Source of the DNA: the human T2T-CHM13v2.0 reference genome, Homo sapiens
Assembly: GCF_009914755.1 (NCBI RefSeq)
Contig: NC_060948.1
Reading direction: 5' to 3' (one strand)
DNA: 64,000 nucleotides
Below the pieces are notes generated by a model. That model ran no database searches and had not been told where the DNA came from. It saw only the letters and a list, made by a program, of their open reading frames with translations. Positions 46,428-60,707 of this stretch are shown one piece after another. Each line of letters opens with the position of its first letter. The stretch's first letter is position 1. Position numbers and translations under genes: made by a program.

Positions 46428-47429
46428 TGAAGGGGTTTAGAATATGTCACCCCAAAATAGGCGATTCTGACATAAAGATTATTTTGAGCCACAGGCAAAT
46501 AAGAAACAGGTACAACAGAACTCCCTATCCTCCTTTCTACTTGAAAGGACAGGGTGATTCTTAATTTCTGAAGACAACTCTATATTCTTACAAGCCTAAA
46601 GGCAGCACAGAATTAATCTATATAACTTCTGCCAAATATTTACCTTTCCACAATTTGCTTCCCATGGCAACTTCAAGTCCTTCCCTTTGTCTTGTCATTT
46701 CTCTATAAATTTACTGTTCCTTTGGTTACATCTCACGGCAGCCCATATTGTACACTCCTGAGTTACTCACAGAAAGAAAATAAAACTTCAGGACCCTCTA
46801 AATTTATCATGCCAAGGGGGAAGTTAAACCCTAGAAACTGAATCACACAGAATGTGTGCAATTCTCTTTCTTACAGTTTCTTAGATAATAGCTCCTGCTC
46901 ATTGATCTTGTTCAGTAAATAACTAGGAGACACCAGACATTCCCCATTCCAATCACTGATCTTTGGGATTAATTGTCCTTTTATTGGCCTAATTCAGACT
47001 GGATGGTGCCGAAGACCCCATGACAGTTACATCTTTAGTGTGAAATGTTGATATACCTTTCCTGAAACAAAAAGACTACCTCAACAAATCAGATTTTTGT
47101 TAACTCTGCAATAAGCCTTATATAGAAAGCTTTGTCTGTATAAGTGACTCCAAACTTCTACACTTTGGAAAACTAACTTCCTTTCTATGGAATCTGTGTT
47201 TGCAGGGACCTTAGCTTTGCAGTTGAATAAACTCTTCTTAAACATTATACTGACCTTTTTGAATACTTAGGTTGACATTCATCGCAAAGTTCTCCAGTGT
47301 ATAATGTGTAATGCACACATTAATAAATTTGTTTATTTTTCTCTTGTTAGTTTTTCTGTCAGTCTAATATGCGGGGACCCAACTAACGAACCTAAAAATA
47401 AATGAAGGCTAAAGTTTTTCTTTTCATAT
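46428..47429 (+). mobile_element. MER34-like ERV1 solo LTR, split by a second LTR
   Basis: tgaagg...aatatgtcaccccaaaata...gattattttgagc start; matching 3' end resumes at ~47278. Confidence 0.7.
46769..47277 (+). mobile_element. MER4-group ERV1 solo LTR nested in the MER34-like LTR
   Basis: aaaataaaacttcaggaccc...gaataaactc...aggttgaca. Confidence 0.7.
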
Positions 47430-47688
47430 AAGATCAAAACAATTGCAGACACTGGAAATAAAAAGCTAAAAAAAAAAAAACTGGACTGTATCAATGTCAA
47501 TTTCCTAGATGTTAACCTTTGAGAAAAACTGATGGGTATAGGATCTTTGTTTGTATTACCTTTTATAATGATACATACATACTTTTGAAATAAAAAATAA
47601 TAAAAGAAAACTGGGAAATAAAAAGCTTATTTCCTGAGGAAAAACCCAACATTTGAACACTGTGAACATTGCTTTTATTTTCCCTTAG

Positions 47689-48046
47689 TGCTATAGTTTG
47701 AATATTCCATTCAAAATTCATGTTGAAATTTAATTGGCACTGTGACATTAAGAGTAGAGATCTTTAAGAGGTGATTAGATCATAAGGGCTCTCTCTCATG
47801 AACAGATTAATGCTGTCATCAGAAGAGTGGGTTCCTTAGAAAAAGGGTGAGTTTCACCTGGTATCTTTCTATCTTGCTTGTAATGTGACGCCTTCCACCA
47901 TGTTCTGACACAGCAAGAAGGCTCTCTTCAGACATGGTCCCAAGATCTAGGACTTCCTGGCCTCTAGAACTTCATGTCAAATAAATCTCTTTATAAATTA
48001 CCCAGTCTCTAGTACTCTATTGCAGGGGCAGAAATGAACTAAGATA
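47689..48046 (+). mobile_element. MST (MaLR) solo LTR
   Basis: tgctatagtttgaat...aaattcatgttgaaatttaatt...ataaattacccagtct...aactaagata. Confidence 0.85.
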
Positions 48047-48298
48047 TTTGGTTTGCAAACCGGAGTATGCTAACAGAGCAAGACAATACAGACTATTTTT
48101 TAAGTATATGAAGTATTGGAAGTACAGCATACTTACTCTCCTCAACACAAAAAGGGAAGCATAATAGCCACACTTCAGACTATACTATATTTTTAAGTAA
48201 AATCTGTCTTGAAACCATATTATTAAATATATGAGAACACAGGCCTTTCCTAAACAAGTCACTACAGGATAGAAACTGGCCTGAAAAGAAAATAACTT

Positions 48299-48597
<299 letters not shown>

Positions 48598-49782
48598 TAA
48601 CTTGCAAGATTACAGCACTTCAGTACTATTTTAGTAAAACCTAAAGAAAAAAGAGAGGTATATAATTCAAATTACTCAGCCTACATTTAATTTGTCAGCA
48701 TTCAAGATCTGCCAGGAGCAGTAAAAAACTTGGATGCTACGGTAAAATTACTGCTTTACTATTCCACACCCCCAAACAGCATAAAATGCCAAACATTTTT
48801 AAACAGCAAACATTTTGAAAATACATATTTCAAAACATGCATGAGAAAAGACTTTTAAAACTGATTACATATTTATAAAAAATAAAAGTTATGCACAACA
48901 CCTCACATTACAGAAAGCTAAATTAAATACCACGAACCAAAAAAGTAAACATTAAGACAGTAAAGGAAATGAGACAAAATGATATAACCTCTCGTCTTCA
49001 TTTTCAGTATCCAATCCTCAAACTAGAGTCACCCAATCCTCAAATTATGACTAAGCTTAAAAATGATCTTTCCAGAAACAAATTATCAATTAAACCATGT
49101 TTGTGAAGACATGAATACTCTATTGCTGCAAAATATAGTTCTGTATCTCTAGCTGTAGCAATTATCCCAAAAGAAATTCTGTATCTCTACCAAGATGCTC
49201 ACAGTTAAGTCTCATCCAAATTTTGCTCTCATGAAGCCAAACTCCAGTCAAATTAAGATATTTCCCATTTCTTACAAGTGGAAGGGTCCCATACCCTGTC
49301 AGCCAAGGTAATCTAAACCACCTGTAATACTTCCTCTACTCCCTCATTGGTTTGTTGTCTGCCTCAGCAAACATCACCTCATCCTCTAAAAAGAATCTCA
49401 GGCTAGGATTCAAACCTGCATTACGAAGCCTTTTCTGGATTTCCCCAGGCAATAATTTCTGTTGCCTCGATAGCAGTTTGATCAAAATGTTTTTGTACTG
49501 GATATAAAGAAATATTAGAAATAACTCAATAAAATATGATACTAATTTTAAAATCAATTTTAATATAACCATTCTCTATTAAAACCAAATAAAAATATGT
49601 GTACTATTACAGCATTTTTTCCTTCACATTCTAGGAAAGCAATGTATCATATATGCATCTGCTGAATGTAACCTATGCTAATTAAAGAAGCATTTCTCAA
49701 GCCCAGCTACAATGCATCTAAATACAAAACATGGGCACTAAAAATGAAGTTATCAAGTAGTTATTTCAGACAATTCAGAATA

Positions 49783-50421
<639 letters not shown>

Positions 50422-50465
50422 TATACCTATATGCTTTACTAATCTTTAATAAATTCCTTGTAGAA

Positions 50466-50623
50466 AGCCAGGCACAATGGTACACACCTGTAGTCCCAAC
50501 TGCTTGGGAGTCTGAGATGGAAGGATCACTTTGGGCCAGGAATTCCACGCGTTGTACTATGATTATGCCTGTGAATAGCCACTGCACTCAATCCTGGAAA
50601 ACAGTGAGAGCCAGTCTCTTAAA
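50466..50623 (+). mobile_element. FAM (fossil Alu monomer, 7SL-derived)
   Basis: Monomer retaining the 7SL-like gcctgtgaatagccactgcactc segment. Confidence 0.8.
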
Positions 50624-51319
50624 GTATAATTTCCTTAAATAAAATATATTTCAAAATCTCTCATTCTTATTTATGATCAAAAAATGTTATTCATCAATGT
50701 AGACTTTGAGCTTGGTCAATACTGAGCAAATAAAGCCCTCAAATATCCTTTTCATTTGACAGGTAACTACATGCCTACTAAGGCCACGTATTATGCATAT
50801 AACAATAAACAAACATAATCCCTCCACGAAAAAGCTCCAGCCAGAGAGAAATATTAAAGTAAATAATTATGCTCATCTAATCCATTCAGCAATGGCAAGA
50901 ATTTCACATGAAAGTACAAGATGTCCAGCACAGATCTAACCACCTACAAATGGATGCCTCCTTGAGAAAATGTTATTAAGGTAGGACCTGCATGGATAAG
51001 TAAAAGTTACCATGAAAGAGTTCTAAAAAATGCATTGCAGAATAACAAGCATCTGTTAAGGGCCCAAAAAAACATGAAGGAGATAATATGAAATTGTATT
51101 GTCTTTTTCTATTCTGAACATAATCATAATAATGATAGAAAAGTATTGAGGTGTTTAGGATGAAAAGTGGCAATCTGAGTTCCATTTAAAAATAATCTTT
51201 CTTTTTTAACAGACATCACTGCTGCTCCTCAAATTTTTAGTTATCTTTCCAGACACATAAAAAGATTAACTCAGATCCCTTGAGTGTCAAGTGTGACTTG
51301 GTGAGCTAATAAATCAATT

Positions 51320-52440
51320 TTCTTAAAGGGAAAAAGATTAAACAGACATTTATCAAAAGAAGACATACAAGCAACAAACAGGTATATGAAAAAAAGTTCA
51401 ACATCAATCACTGGGAAAAGCAAATGAAAATTACAGTGAGATATCACCCCATACATTTATTATCAAAAAGACAAAGTATCATGTTGATCCGGCTATAGAG
51501 AAAGGGAACCCTTAACAATACCAGTGGGAATGTAAATTGGTACAGTCATATGGAAAAAAGTGGCAGAATCTCCTCAAAACTCAAAATAAACTACAATATG
51601 ATCCAGCAATTCAGCTACTGGGTATTTATCCTAAGTAAATGAAATCAGTAGCTAAAGGACATCTGTCAAGTTTATTGCAGTATTATTCACAATAGCCAAG
51701 ATATGAGATCAACCTAAGTGTTCATCAATGATTGAATAAGGTAAGAAAATCCGATATATATGTGTACATATGTGTGTGTGTGTATATACATGTATATAAT
51801 AAACATACTGTTCATCCATTTAAAAAAAAGAAAGTATCAGTAAGTTATTTCTTCTTTCAAATGCATGTAGTTACAATCCTGATGAGGGAAAAAAAAATGG
51901 TACTGTGTATATCATTTCGCTTAAAGCTGAAGTTTCCAAGAAACTATTTGATGATGTTAAATGAGATCTTAAACTGTACCGTCATTTACGGCCACACAGA
52001 TGAACCTGGAGGACAGACATTAAGACAAATACTGCATGATCTCACTTATTTTAGAACATTGTTAAAAAACTTGATCTCATAGAAATATAGAGTAGAACAG
52101 TGGTCATCAGAGGCCAGCAAAGATTGGATGGACAGAATGAAGGAGAGAAATTAATCAAGGGGTACAAAATGACAGGTAGGTAAGAGGAATAATTTCTAGT
52201 TTTCTATATAGCATAGCAAGCAGACTACAATAAGCAATATTATATAGTGTGTATCTCAAAATAACTAGAAAAAAGATTCCAAATGTTCTTACCACAAAGA
52301 AATGTCTGAGGTGATGAATATGCTAAAACTATGATGTGATCGCTACCCAATGTACGTACACATGTGTCAGCAGCATCACACTGTATCCCATAACTATGTC
52401 CAATTATTACGTGTCAATTAAAAATAAAATTTAAAAAATA
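51320..52440 (+). mobile_element. L1MA-like 3' end
   Basis: L1 ORF2 end, 3'UTR (ttcttaccacaaagaaatg) and A-rich terminus. Confidence 0.88.
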
Positions 52441-52900
52441 ATTTTAATATTAAAAAAATTCTGTTAAATATGACACTCTTTATTTGTATGCAAGGCAGCT
52501 TAGTCATCCCAAAATGATCTGAGGAATAAGGCCTGAGTTGTTTGTTATATGCATTTATGATCTCTTACCACAGCAAATTTTAAGAGTTTAAAAAGTCCTC
52601 ATTAATAACTCTATTTCATGACTTAATAATGTCAATCACAATCGTGTTCGATGAATTTTAATCCAGATTCTGCCCTTAAATAAACCTATTTTATATTAGC
52701 TTGCAGATAGGGACTGCTGGTCTGTGTGTCTTTATATAATTAAAAGCAATTTCAAAGACCACTTGATCTCTGATCTACATGTGTCTGCTGTCACATTTAT
52801 CCATTCGATATTTGTTAAGAACCTATATGATAAGTCTTAATTTTTTAAGCTTATTTTTGTTATGTGATGCCCAGTACTTAGACAGTATCCTAAATATTGA

Positions 52901-53045
52901 AGAGCCAAGTAAAATTTTGTCAGATAATGTCATATACCTTATTTACTCACTATGTCTTAGAAGGTGGATATAGTTATTCTATGCCCACAGGTATCATAAG
53001 AACCAATTAGGCACCCCTAGGTAAGGTTACACATTTATTTAAAAG
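52901..53045. repeat. Copy 1 of a diverged ~145-bp direct repeat (copy 2 at ~54230-54376)
   Basis: gagccaagtaaaatttt...tcactatgtc.tag...ttattctatg...aaggttacacattta shared by both copies. Confidence 0.88.
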
Positions 53046-53379
53046 GCAAAATAAAATCAATTTATGTTTTTAAAAAATGCTTCAAGAGTAATAAAACATG
53101 ACCTTTTTTTTTTGTCCTAGTTTTGAACATAGGAATGATGCCATAAATCTCATCTTCTTTACCCCTTTCACATCTGCCTCTTAAATCAGCATTTATTATT
53201 TTCCACTAGCAAATTTTAAGGGGACAATAAATACCTCAGTATGCTCACCAATTATCCTCATTTTCAAACACAAAGGATTTTAAAAATCCAAAAGCTTCTA
53301 ATGTTGATGTGTGTTCAAATAAATCAGCATATGTAGACATAAGCAAATATTTAGTAAATTTCTATACAATCTTTTTTCC

Positions 53380-53690
53380 GGCTTTATTGAAGTATGTTTA
53401 TGTATATATATATCCCTCAATAAACTCATAATACCTCAAAATACTGTATATTTATATATATATAACTTATATATAAAATTATATATAAAAATTTGTATAT
53501 ATACAAATTTTACATATAAGATATATATATATAAAATACTGTGATGTAAACATATATATATATTGTGACATGTCTACAATAATTAAGCTAGTTAACATAT
53601 CACCTCACATTTATTTCCTGTATGTCCTCCACATGTAAGAAGTGGTAAGGGTGGGGGATATTGTGAGAATGCTTAAGATCTACTCTCTTT
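53380..53690 (-). mobile_element. L1MA 3' terminal fragment containing an expanded (TA)-rich tract
   Basis: ctttattgaagtat...aagctagttaacatatc...cttaagatctactctctt. Confidence 0.7.
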
Positions 53691-54229
53691 ATGCAATCTT
53701 CATTAAATCAAGTAGTTGTACTGGTGTTAGCTACTGAAGAATATTGTGTTTCCCATATACATTTGTATATACTATTCCTACCTTCAAGAAACAGTTTTAA
53801 CAGTTTACCAGTTTATGTAAGTTGCTAGGCATTATATAAAACTATCTGTCAAAATTAACCTTTTTTTCAAGTAATGATAATCCACTGCTGCAAATATATA
53901 CAAAGTATAACAAAATATCAGTAATATCACCTATAGTGAGAGATAATAAAGTAAAATCTTAAAGGTTATCTGAAGAAGGAAAAAACAAAATGTGAAGTAG
54001 AAAAGTCGCTCTAAAATGGAATAATTCATATATACTTTTAATCTAGTTAATCAATTGACAACTGCTATTTCTACCATGTATTAAACACATGGAAATTTGA
54101 TTAATTTCACTTTTTAAAGGATGGATTAAATTCTGTGACAGAAAAACAGAATTCACAAATACTAGATAATGGCCCCAGATTAGAGAAATTTTAGATGGCA
54201 GATGAGAAACAGAACTTAAAAGGGCTGAT

Positions 54230-54376
54230 GAGCCAAGTAAAATTTTATTTGTCAGGTACTTCCATTTCCTTTACTTAGTCACTATGTCCTAGATGTGGGT
54301 ATAATTATTCTATGTCCCCAGATTATATTAAGAATCAAATAGGCACTTTAGCCAAGGTTACACATTTAATTAGAAG
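54230..54376. repeat. Copy 2 of the diverged ~145-bp direct repeat
   Basis: Manual alignment to 52901-53045. Confidence 0.88.
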
Positions 54377-56222
54377 TGTTAACATCAAATTTTAAAATCA
54401 AATCTGCTACTTCAATGCCAGTTTACACTATATTAAAGCTGAATTAAACTGTTTCAGTGACATTTGGCCATTTTCAGGAACAATTAATGAACTATAAAGC
54501 CCTGGAATGTATGCCATGTATAAACAAAAGAGAGACAGATCTACTGCGAAAACTACCTGTATTTTATTTAAATAATTTACCATTTAGAAATATCATATAT
54601 ACTCTTTCATGGAACTAAGGGAAGAAAATGAAGTAGAGAACTCATGAACTGTAATGAACTTAAATTCTGTTCTCCATCACAATATATCCATTCTGTAACC
54701 CTCTTGGAGAACTAAACCTTACTCAAGAATGAGACTGTGAATAATATTAGCCCTCTGATAGGAAATAACTTAATGAGCACATAGTGTATTTCTGGCAAAT
54801 GATAGGCAAGGCAAACTTTGGAGGCTTTTCACAAAGTTACTACTCATTTTTGAAGACAGCAATGGAAATTTTGCCCTTTTCCATACTCTAAATCAAGATA
54901 AGAATGATAAATCATATATTTATTGAGCAGTTAGTTATTACCAATATTACTAAGCATCTAAGTCATTACTCTATAATGTCCCTATGAAAATATGAAAAAA
55001 AAAAGTCATTTTAATTACACCTGGTAAGTATCTTCTACTAAACATGGAAAAATCCAACAGAGAACAAAAGTGAATATGGATCTTTGATGAGATATCTGTG
55101 TATCTGAATCAACTAACCTTGAAGCCTGGACTTCCTATTATGAGTTAGTAATTTTTGAGTTGGAATTTATAAAAGTAAAGCCCAAAGTGTCTCTCTGAGT
55201 ACACTTTGCCAGGAAAACACCTTGCTATTATACAAATATCATGATAGATTCCATCTTTAGCTATATAAATTACTAACCAACTAAAGAAAACTGGAAACTT
55301 TGAAAAGGGAGATATTCATTCTAACTCACACCTTTAATCATTTTAAATGCCAAGTACTTACAGCAATATACAGAAATATCTCTTCCTCAGTTAAACTATC
55401 GATGCCTATAACAATCTCAAAAATAGACAAGAAGTATTTTGATTATGAGGGAAAACTTAAGAAATAAAATTTCAGGATGAGATAAAAATCAAGTAAGATA
55501 TTCACACTAAGAGAAGATTAATGTTGAAAACATCCCAAAACTTTTTAATGCTATACAAATGAAATAAACATCAAAAACTTGCTGAGTGTTTAAAAAAAAT
55601 GAAAGATGGGCAAAAAAAAAGAAAACAGCATATATCTAAGACATTTTTTGCTAAAACCAACCTTACTCGAAGGGTTTGCTACCCTTTACATATGACTAAG
55701 CAAAGAAAAGCACATATAGGAATGAGTTATCTGTTAATATGGTCTGAGAAAATTTTACCATATTTATTTTCTGCTGTAAAACATCTTAGAGCCTTTTACA
55801 GACTTTATGTTTGTGTGTGTATACACATATAATGTGCAGAGAGGATTAAAATCTACAAAGTGGCATAGCTGTACTTATTTTCAATTTCAAATCCACAGGT
55901 ATCTCAAATGGTAAGCAATTTGTAAATGTTACTCTGAATTTGAGAAAAACTGAAAATTTGAAAATTTCAGAAAGACTGAAAAATTCTATTCTATTTTTCC
56001 ACATCAACTGCACTTAACCTTGGACTTAGGGACTCCTCAGCTCCACTTTTTTCTGAGTAGTGTGAAATCTAAGTTATTTATGTAGTTTACTTGCAATGAT
56101 TTTAATGTTTTGGGTTGACTATGTTCCATCAGCATCATACTGTAAAAAACATAAATAGCACAAACAGTCTACATAATTGTAAACTTTAAAACAATTAAGG
56201 CATAATTGAGTTAAGAACCACA

Positions 56223-56822
56223 TGCAGTAAGGCATTAATTCAGCAAGTCTGCGTTGGCCAGACAAGCACATTCAAAGAAAGGTATGAATCTTGACAAGCT
56301 CCTCACAGTAATCTCTGAAGTCCTTGGAATATCTAGTCTGACAAGAGTGTCTTTATTTATCTGGGGTTTTGGTTCATCCCAGATAGTTATGCTAACAATT
56401 GATTTATGGCAGAGGCCTGGGGCAATATGGTATCAGACCTCTCTCTGTAGGCACTGGAGACTAAGCTACTAAGGTAGCTTAGTAGGCAGGTCCTCCAGAG
56501 CTACAAGATCAAATCCGAGTAAAAACTCTGAAAAGCAACAGTCACTGAGTTCCTCTGGTGGACAATATTCTGTCTATGTTTTCCTAACTTGCTGCTGGGA
56601 AAATCAATTGCAGCTCACAGATGTACAACAAAAGAGGACAAATGAAATCTTGCAGCTGGTTCTCTCTCCTAGACTCTGCCCTTACATGTCTTTTCCTTTG
56701 ATAATTTTAATGTGTATTCTTTCACTGTAATAAACTGTAACCATGTGTATAACTGTTATCTGGGTTAAGTCCCTCTAACAAATCACTGAACTTGAGGGAG
56801 GTTTGGGGAACCCCAAACAACA
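56223..56822 (+). mobile_element. MER77/MER21-group solo LTR
   Basis: ccttggaatat...aagagtgtcttt...ttatgctaacaat...gtaataaactgtaaccatg...aaatcactgaac. Confidence 0.75.
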
Positions 56823-57688
56823 CAGAGTTTTTAAAAAGCATTCCTTTAATATTTCTGTGTTAGTGAGTTCAAAGTAAATCCTATTGTTAAGTTACATAAA
56901 TACCCTCCACCTGTAAAATTAAGATAATCTACAAAAGATCTGTATCTGGAAAAGGAGAAACATTCTTAATACGCATAAAATCACAAACCTTATTATTTTC
57001 TCCAGAAGCTATAATTCTTTCAAAAGACAATGCTTTTAACTTAAAGGGAAGACCTATTTTCATTAAAGTCTTGGAAAACAAAATAGCTTCACATAGCAAA
57101 AAAGTAAAAAAAATTTGAGAAATCAAATTTCCACAGAATTAAGATATTTAAACAATAATGTAATTTTTCCCAAAAATCTGCATATTACCCAAAAACTGCA
57201 TATTTAGCAACTGGCAGTCCAAAAGCCTTAGAGTGAATATTATATTAAACAACTTTGCTATGACACATGTTTTGCTATAATAGGTGTAGATTTCTAATAA
57301 GACCTATACAAAGCAATAATCAATAGTTAAATCACTGGTATGACATCACTAACTGGCCTGTTCTCTCTCTCTTTGGTGGCAGACACACAAAATAATGTTG
57401 ATGCTCAAAGGAAATCAAAACCTTCACCATCTCCTGATTATATAAAAACTTTTAAAATTAAACAAAACAAAAACTTTAAGGTGCCAAAATTATCTTGCAA
57501 GTCTTGGTGTTCATTTTATATCCTGAAACTCATTTCCAACCTTATTTTAACCCTTTAGGTCATATCCTCAATTTTCTAAGATTTTCATAGCACTAAATTC
57601 CAACGCTTCTCAGTGACATTAAAGTGTGCATGCGCACATGTGCATGCACGCACACACATATGAAATTGTGTATGTGGGAAAAATCTCA

Positions 57689-57859
<171 letters not shown>

Positions 57860-58199
57860 TTACATATATCTCACTTGATAGTATAGGAAACATTCTGGTT
57901 ATTTAATTTTATTGAAAGTACCAACTTTATAAAAAACAGTATGAATGAACGGAAAAGATTAGAAAGGGATAAGAAAGTGCATAATCCTTTTGTTCTCAAT
58001 TCCGTCAACTATTCAAAAATATCTAAAGGTTCAAGAAAAAATTCAGTGGAAATTACTACAAATCTTTCTGAAACATTCAAGGAAGAACAGCAGGAAAATG
58101 TGAAAAGGTGAGAAAGTGAAGGTGTTAATTCTGCTTCTACTCAGCTTCATATAAGCCAACTTTTTAAAACTTTATTTCTGCCTTTCACTTTTGGTATAC

Positions 58200-58487
58200 T
58201 CTTTTGTTGTAAATGACAAGGTCTCAATCTGTCACCCATGCTGGAGTGTAGCAGGACAATCACAGCTCACTGCAGCCTGGACCTCCTGGGTTCAAGCAAT
58301 CCTCTTACTTCAGCCTTCTGAGTAGCTGGAACCACAGGTTCATGCCAATACTCCTAGCTAATTTTTTTCATTTTTTGTACAGAGAGGATCTCTCTTTGAT
58401 GTCCTGGATGGTCATGAACTTCTGGGCTCAACGGATCCTCCTGCACCAGCCTCCCAAAGAGCTGAAATTACAGGCAAACACCTGGCC
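58200..58487 (-). mobile_element. AluJ
   Basis: Diverged Alu motifs. Confidence 0.88.
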
Positions 58488-59308
58488 TGTTTGCCATTAT
58501 CTACTACCATTCTAAGTATGTGTAATAACATGGATAGGGGATCAATTTTTATTTTTTCCACATAGATTTCCTATAGTCTAGCATAATTTGTGGAGCAGAC
58601 TATTATAATTCCAGAGCAATATGGTGTTACCTTTGATATAAATCAAGTACTCATGTTCATGTGGGACTGTTTCTGGGTTCTCCAATCTAATTCAGTGTTG
58701 ATTAGTCTATCAATCCACCTTTGTTCAAATGCTATCATACTGTCTTAATTACTGTTTCTTTTTTAAATGGGTCTCTCCAATAAAGAAAATCCACAGATAA
58801 GTAGAGGTTTTCTTTTTAACAGTGAGTGTATTTTGAATATTTTTACTGCTTGAATTATGTAAATGATAATTTCCTCAAAAATAAATACGAGGGCAAAAGT
58901 CTGCTTGAATCTAAATTATTCTCCAAATACTTTGAAAGTAACAATTTAGAATCTTAAGTGTTTCTAATACAAATGACATTTTCTATACAGTATAAAAAGA
59001 TACAGATACCAGTAATATGACAAAATGGGATATAGGATGCTACACATGCCCCTAATAGGTTAGTCTGATAAGTAATTTCCTACTTCTAAAATTATGTATA
59101 TTCCATATCCATTAATTCCAAGATTAAGCATTTTAAAAGGTAGGGGGTTTGGGGAATTATACAGACATCACTTAAAGACAACACATTATTTAATATATAT
59201 TAAAGCAATCACTATTTTGTATCTATGCTAGCTTTATCTGTGTAGTGATTTTACGTTCTTATCTTCAATCTATGGGAGAACATGAGTTATCACAATTATA
59301 TGAAAATT

Positions 59309-59364
59309 AATCAACATGATGCACACTAATCACATGATGCACATGTAAATCAACATGATGCACA
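59309..59364. repeat. Three tandem copies of aatca(a)catgatgcaca
   Basis: Read directly. Confidence 0.9.
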
Positions 59365-59600
59365 CAGTTTATTCCCCTAAACTGTATAGGAATACAGTTT
59401 CCTTGTCACTAGTTTTACACTGGATTTCACCTAAGTAAATTCTGGCTGACTAAAATGATTTTATCTATATGCCCAGAGAAATAATTATAAATACTGATTA
59501 AAATAACCATCTTTACATGGGGCAAAGCATAATAAATTATTCTACTAACTACAACTTATATCCTTACTTTTGAATACATGCCCCCTAAATTCTTTACCAG

Positions 59601-60707
59601 TGTTATCACTGCCTTGGGCAGACAGGGGCAGGTCCCCAGTGAAACCTGACATTCAAGCCAAAGAAAGCCTGAAGCCTGAAAACTGGGCTGCCAGTTACAG
59701 GTAGAGTCTGTGACCCAGAGTGAGAACTTCCTTGACAACTTTTAGCCAGCCAAAAGGTGCTTTTTCCAGGCCCACCTTGGACCAATCAGCATGCACTCAC
59801 CCATTCTGAGCCCACACAAACCCCAGACTCAGCCATACTTTAGCACTATCCACCTTTGGGTAGGGGCTACCCACTTCAGGTCCCCTCTCAGCTGAGAGCT
59901 GTTCTGTTCCTCAGTAAAACTTTTCTGCCTTGCTCACCCTCTAGTTGTCCATGTTAGCTCATTCTTCTTGGACCTAGAACAAGAACCCAGTACCCACCAA
60001 AGGGCAGGGCATAAAGTGACTGCAACACTGTAGCCCTCCTGCCCTCTATCCACACCGGGTGGCTGCCCCATGTGACAGGAAGCAGCAGGGTGCCAGGCCA
60101 GCCCAGGAGCCGTCGGCTTAAGCCAGGTAATGGGACTGAACCAACTGGGAGGCACACAACCCCGTTCGCTGGAAGTGTGTGGACTTGGTGAGGGAGCGGT
60201 AATACCAATGAGGGAGTGGTAATACGAATGTGCTGTAACACTTCGTGGGGGCTCAGACACCAGGACTCCCCAAGCCAGAGCTGTAACAAACTGTAACACC
60301 CCCTTTGGGGCTTTGTGGTTTCTGGCATCTCCAAATATTTTCAGCGCCACAGCGTTCCCGTAGTCCAGTTGCCAGCACCCAAGGCGGAAGCCGCTGAAGG
60401 CACCGTTGGTCCAGCCACAGACTTGCGCAGAGCTCACCCATGTGCCAGCACCTGGAGTTGCCCAACCTGCCGGCACACCTGACTGTATGCCATGGCCAGA
60501 CCCCATGCCCACTGGCTCACATAGGTCTTGCCACTCTGCACCTGGCTCCCCACTGGCGGGTGTGAAATCTGAGCGGGTACCATGAGCCAAGCACAGCCTG
60601 CAGGGCCAACTGGGCAGAGCCAGTCCAGCCATCAGGAACCAAACTTGAGCAGAGGCCCTGCCAGACAAACAGGTCTTGTGAAGCGGCACCCAAAGGATCC
60701 TTTGTCA
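59601..60707 (+). mobile_element. GC-rich ERV1 solo LTR of the MER52/LTR27/LTR28 group, antisense to UTY
   Basis: ggaccaatcagc CCAAT box, gagctgtaaca repeats, 3' end ggatcctttgtca; left boundary approximate. Confidence 0.8.

Noticed and set aside
49320-49572. Protein-like 78-aa minus-strand ORF
   Set aside because: No recognisable homology and weak splice signals; ORFs of this length are expected by chance.
59934-60689. 251-aa ORF and overlapping ORFs, the longest in the track
   Set aside because: They lie wholly within a GC-rich solo LTR where stop codons are scarce; no recognisable domain.
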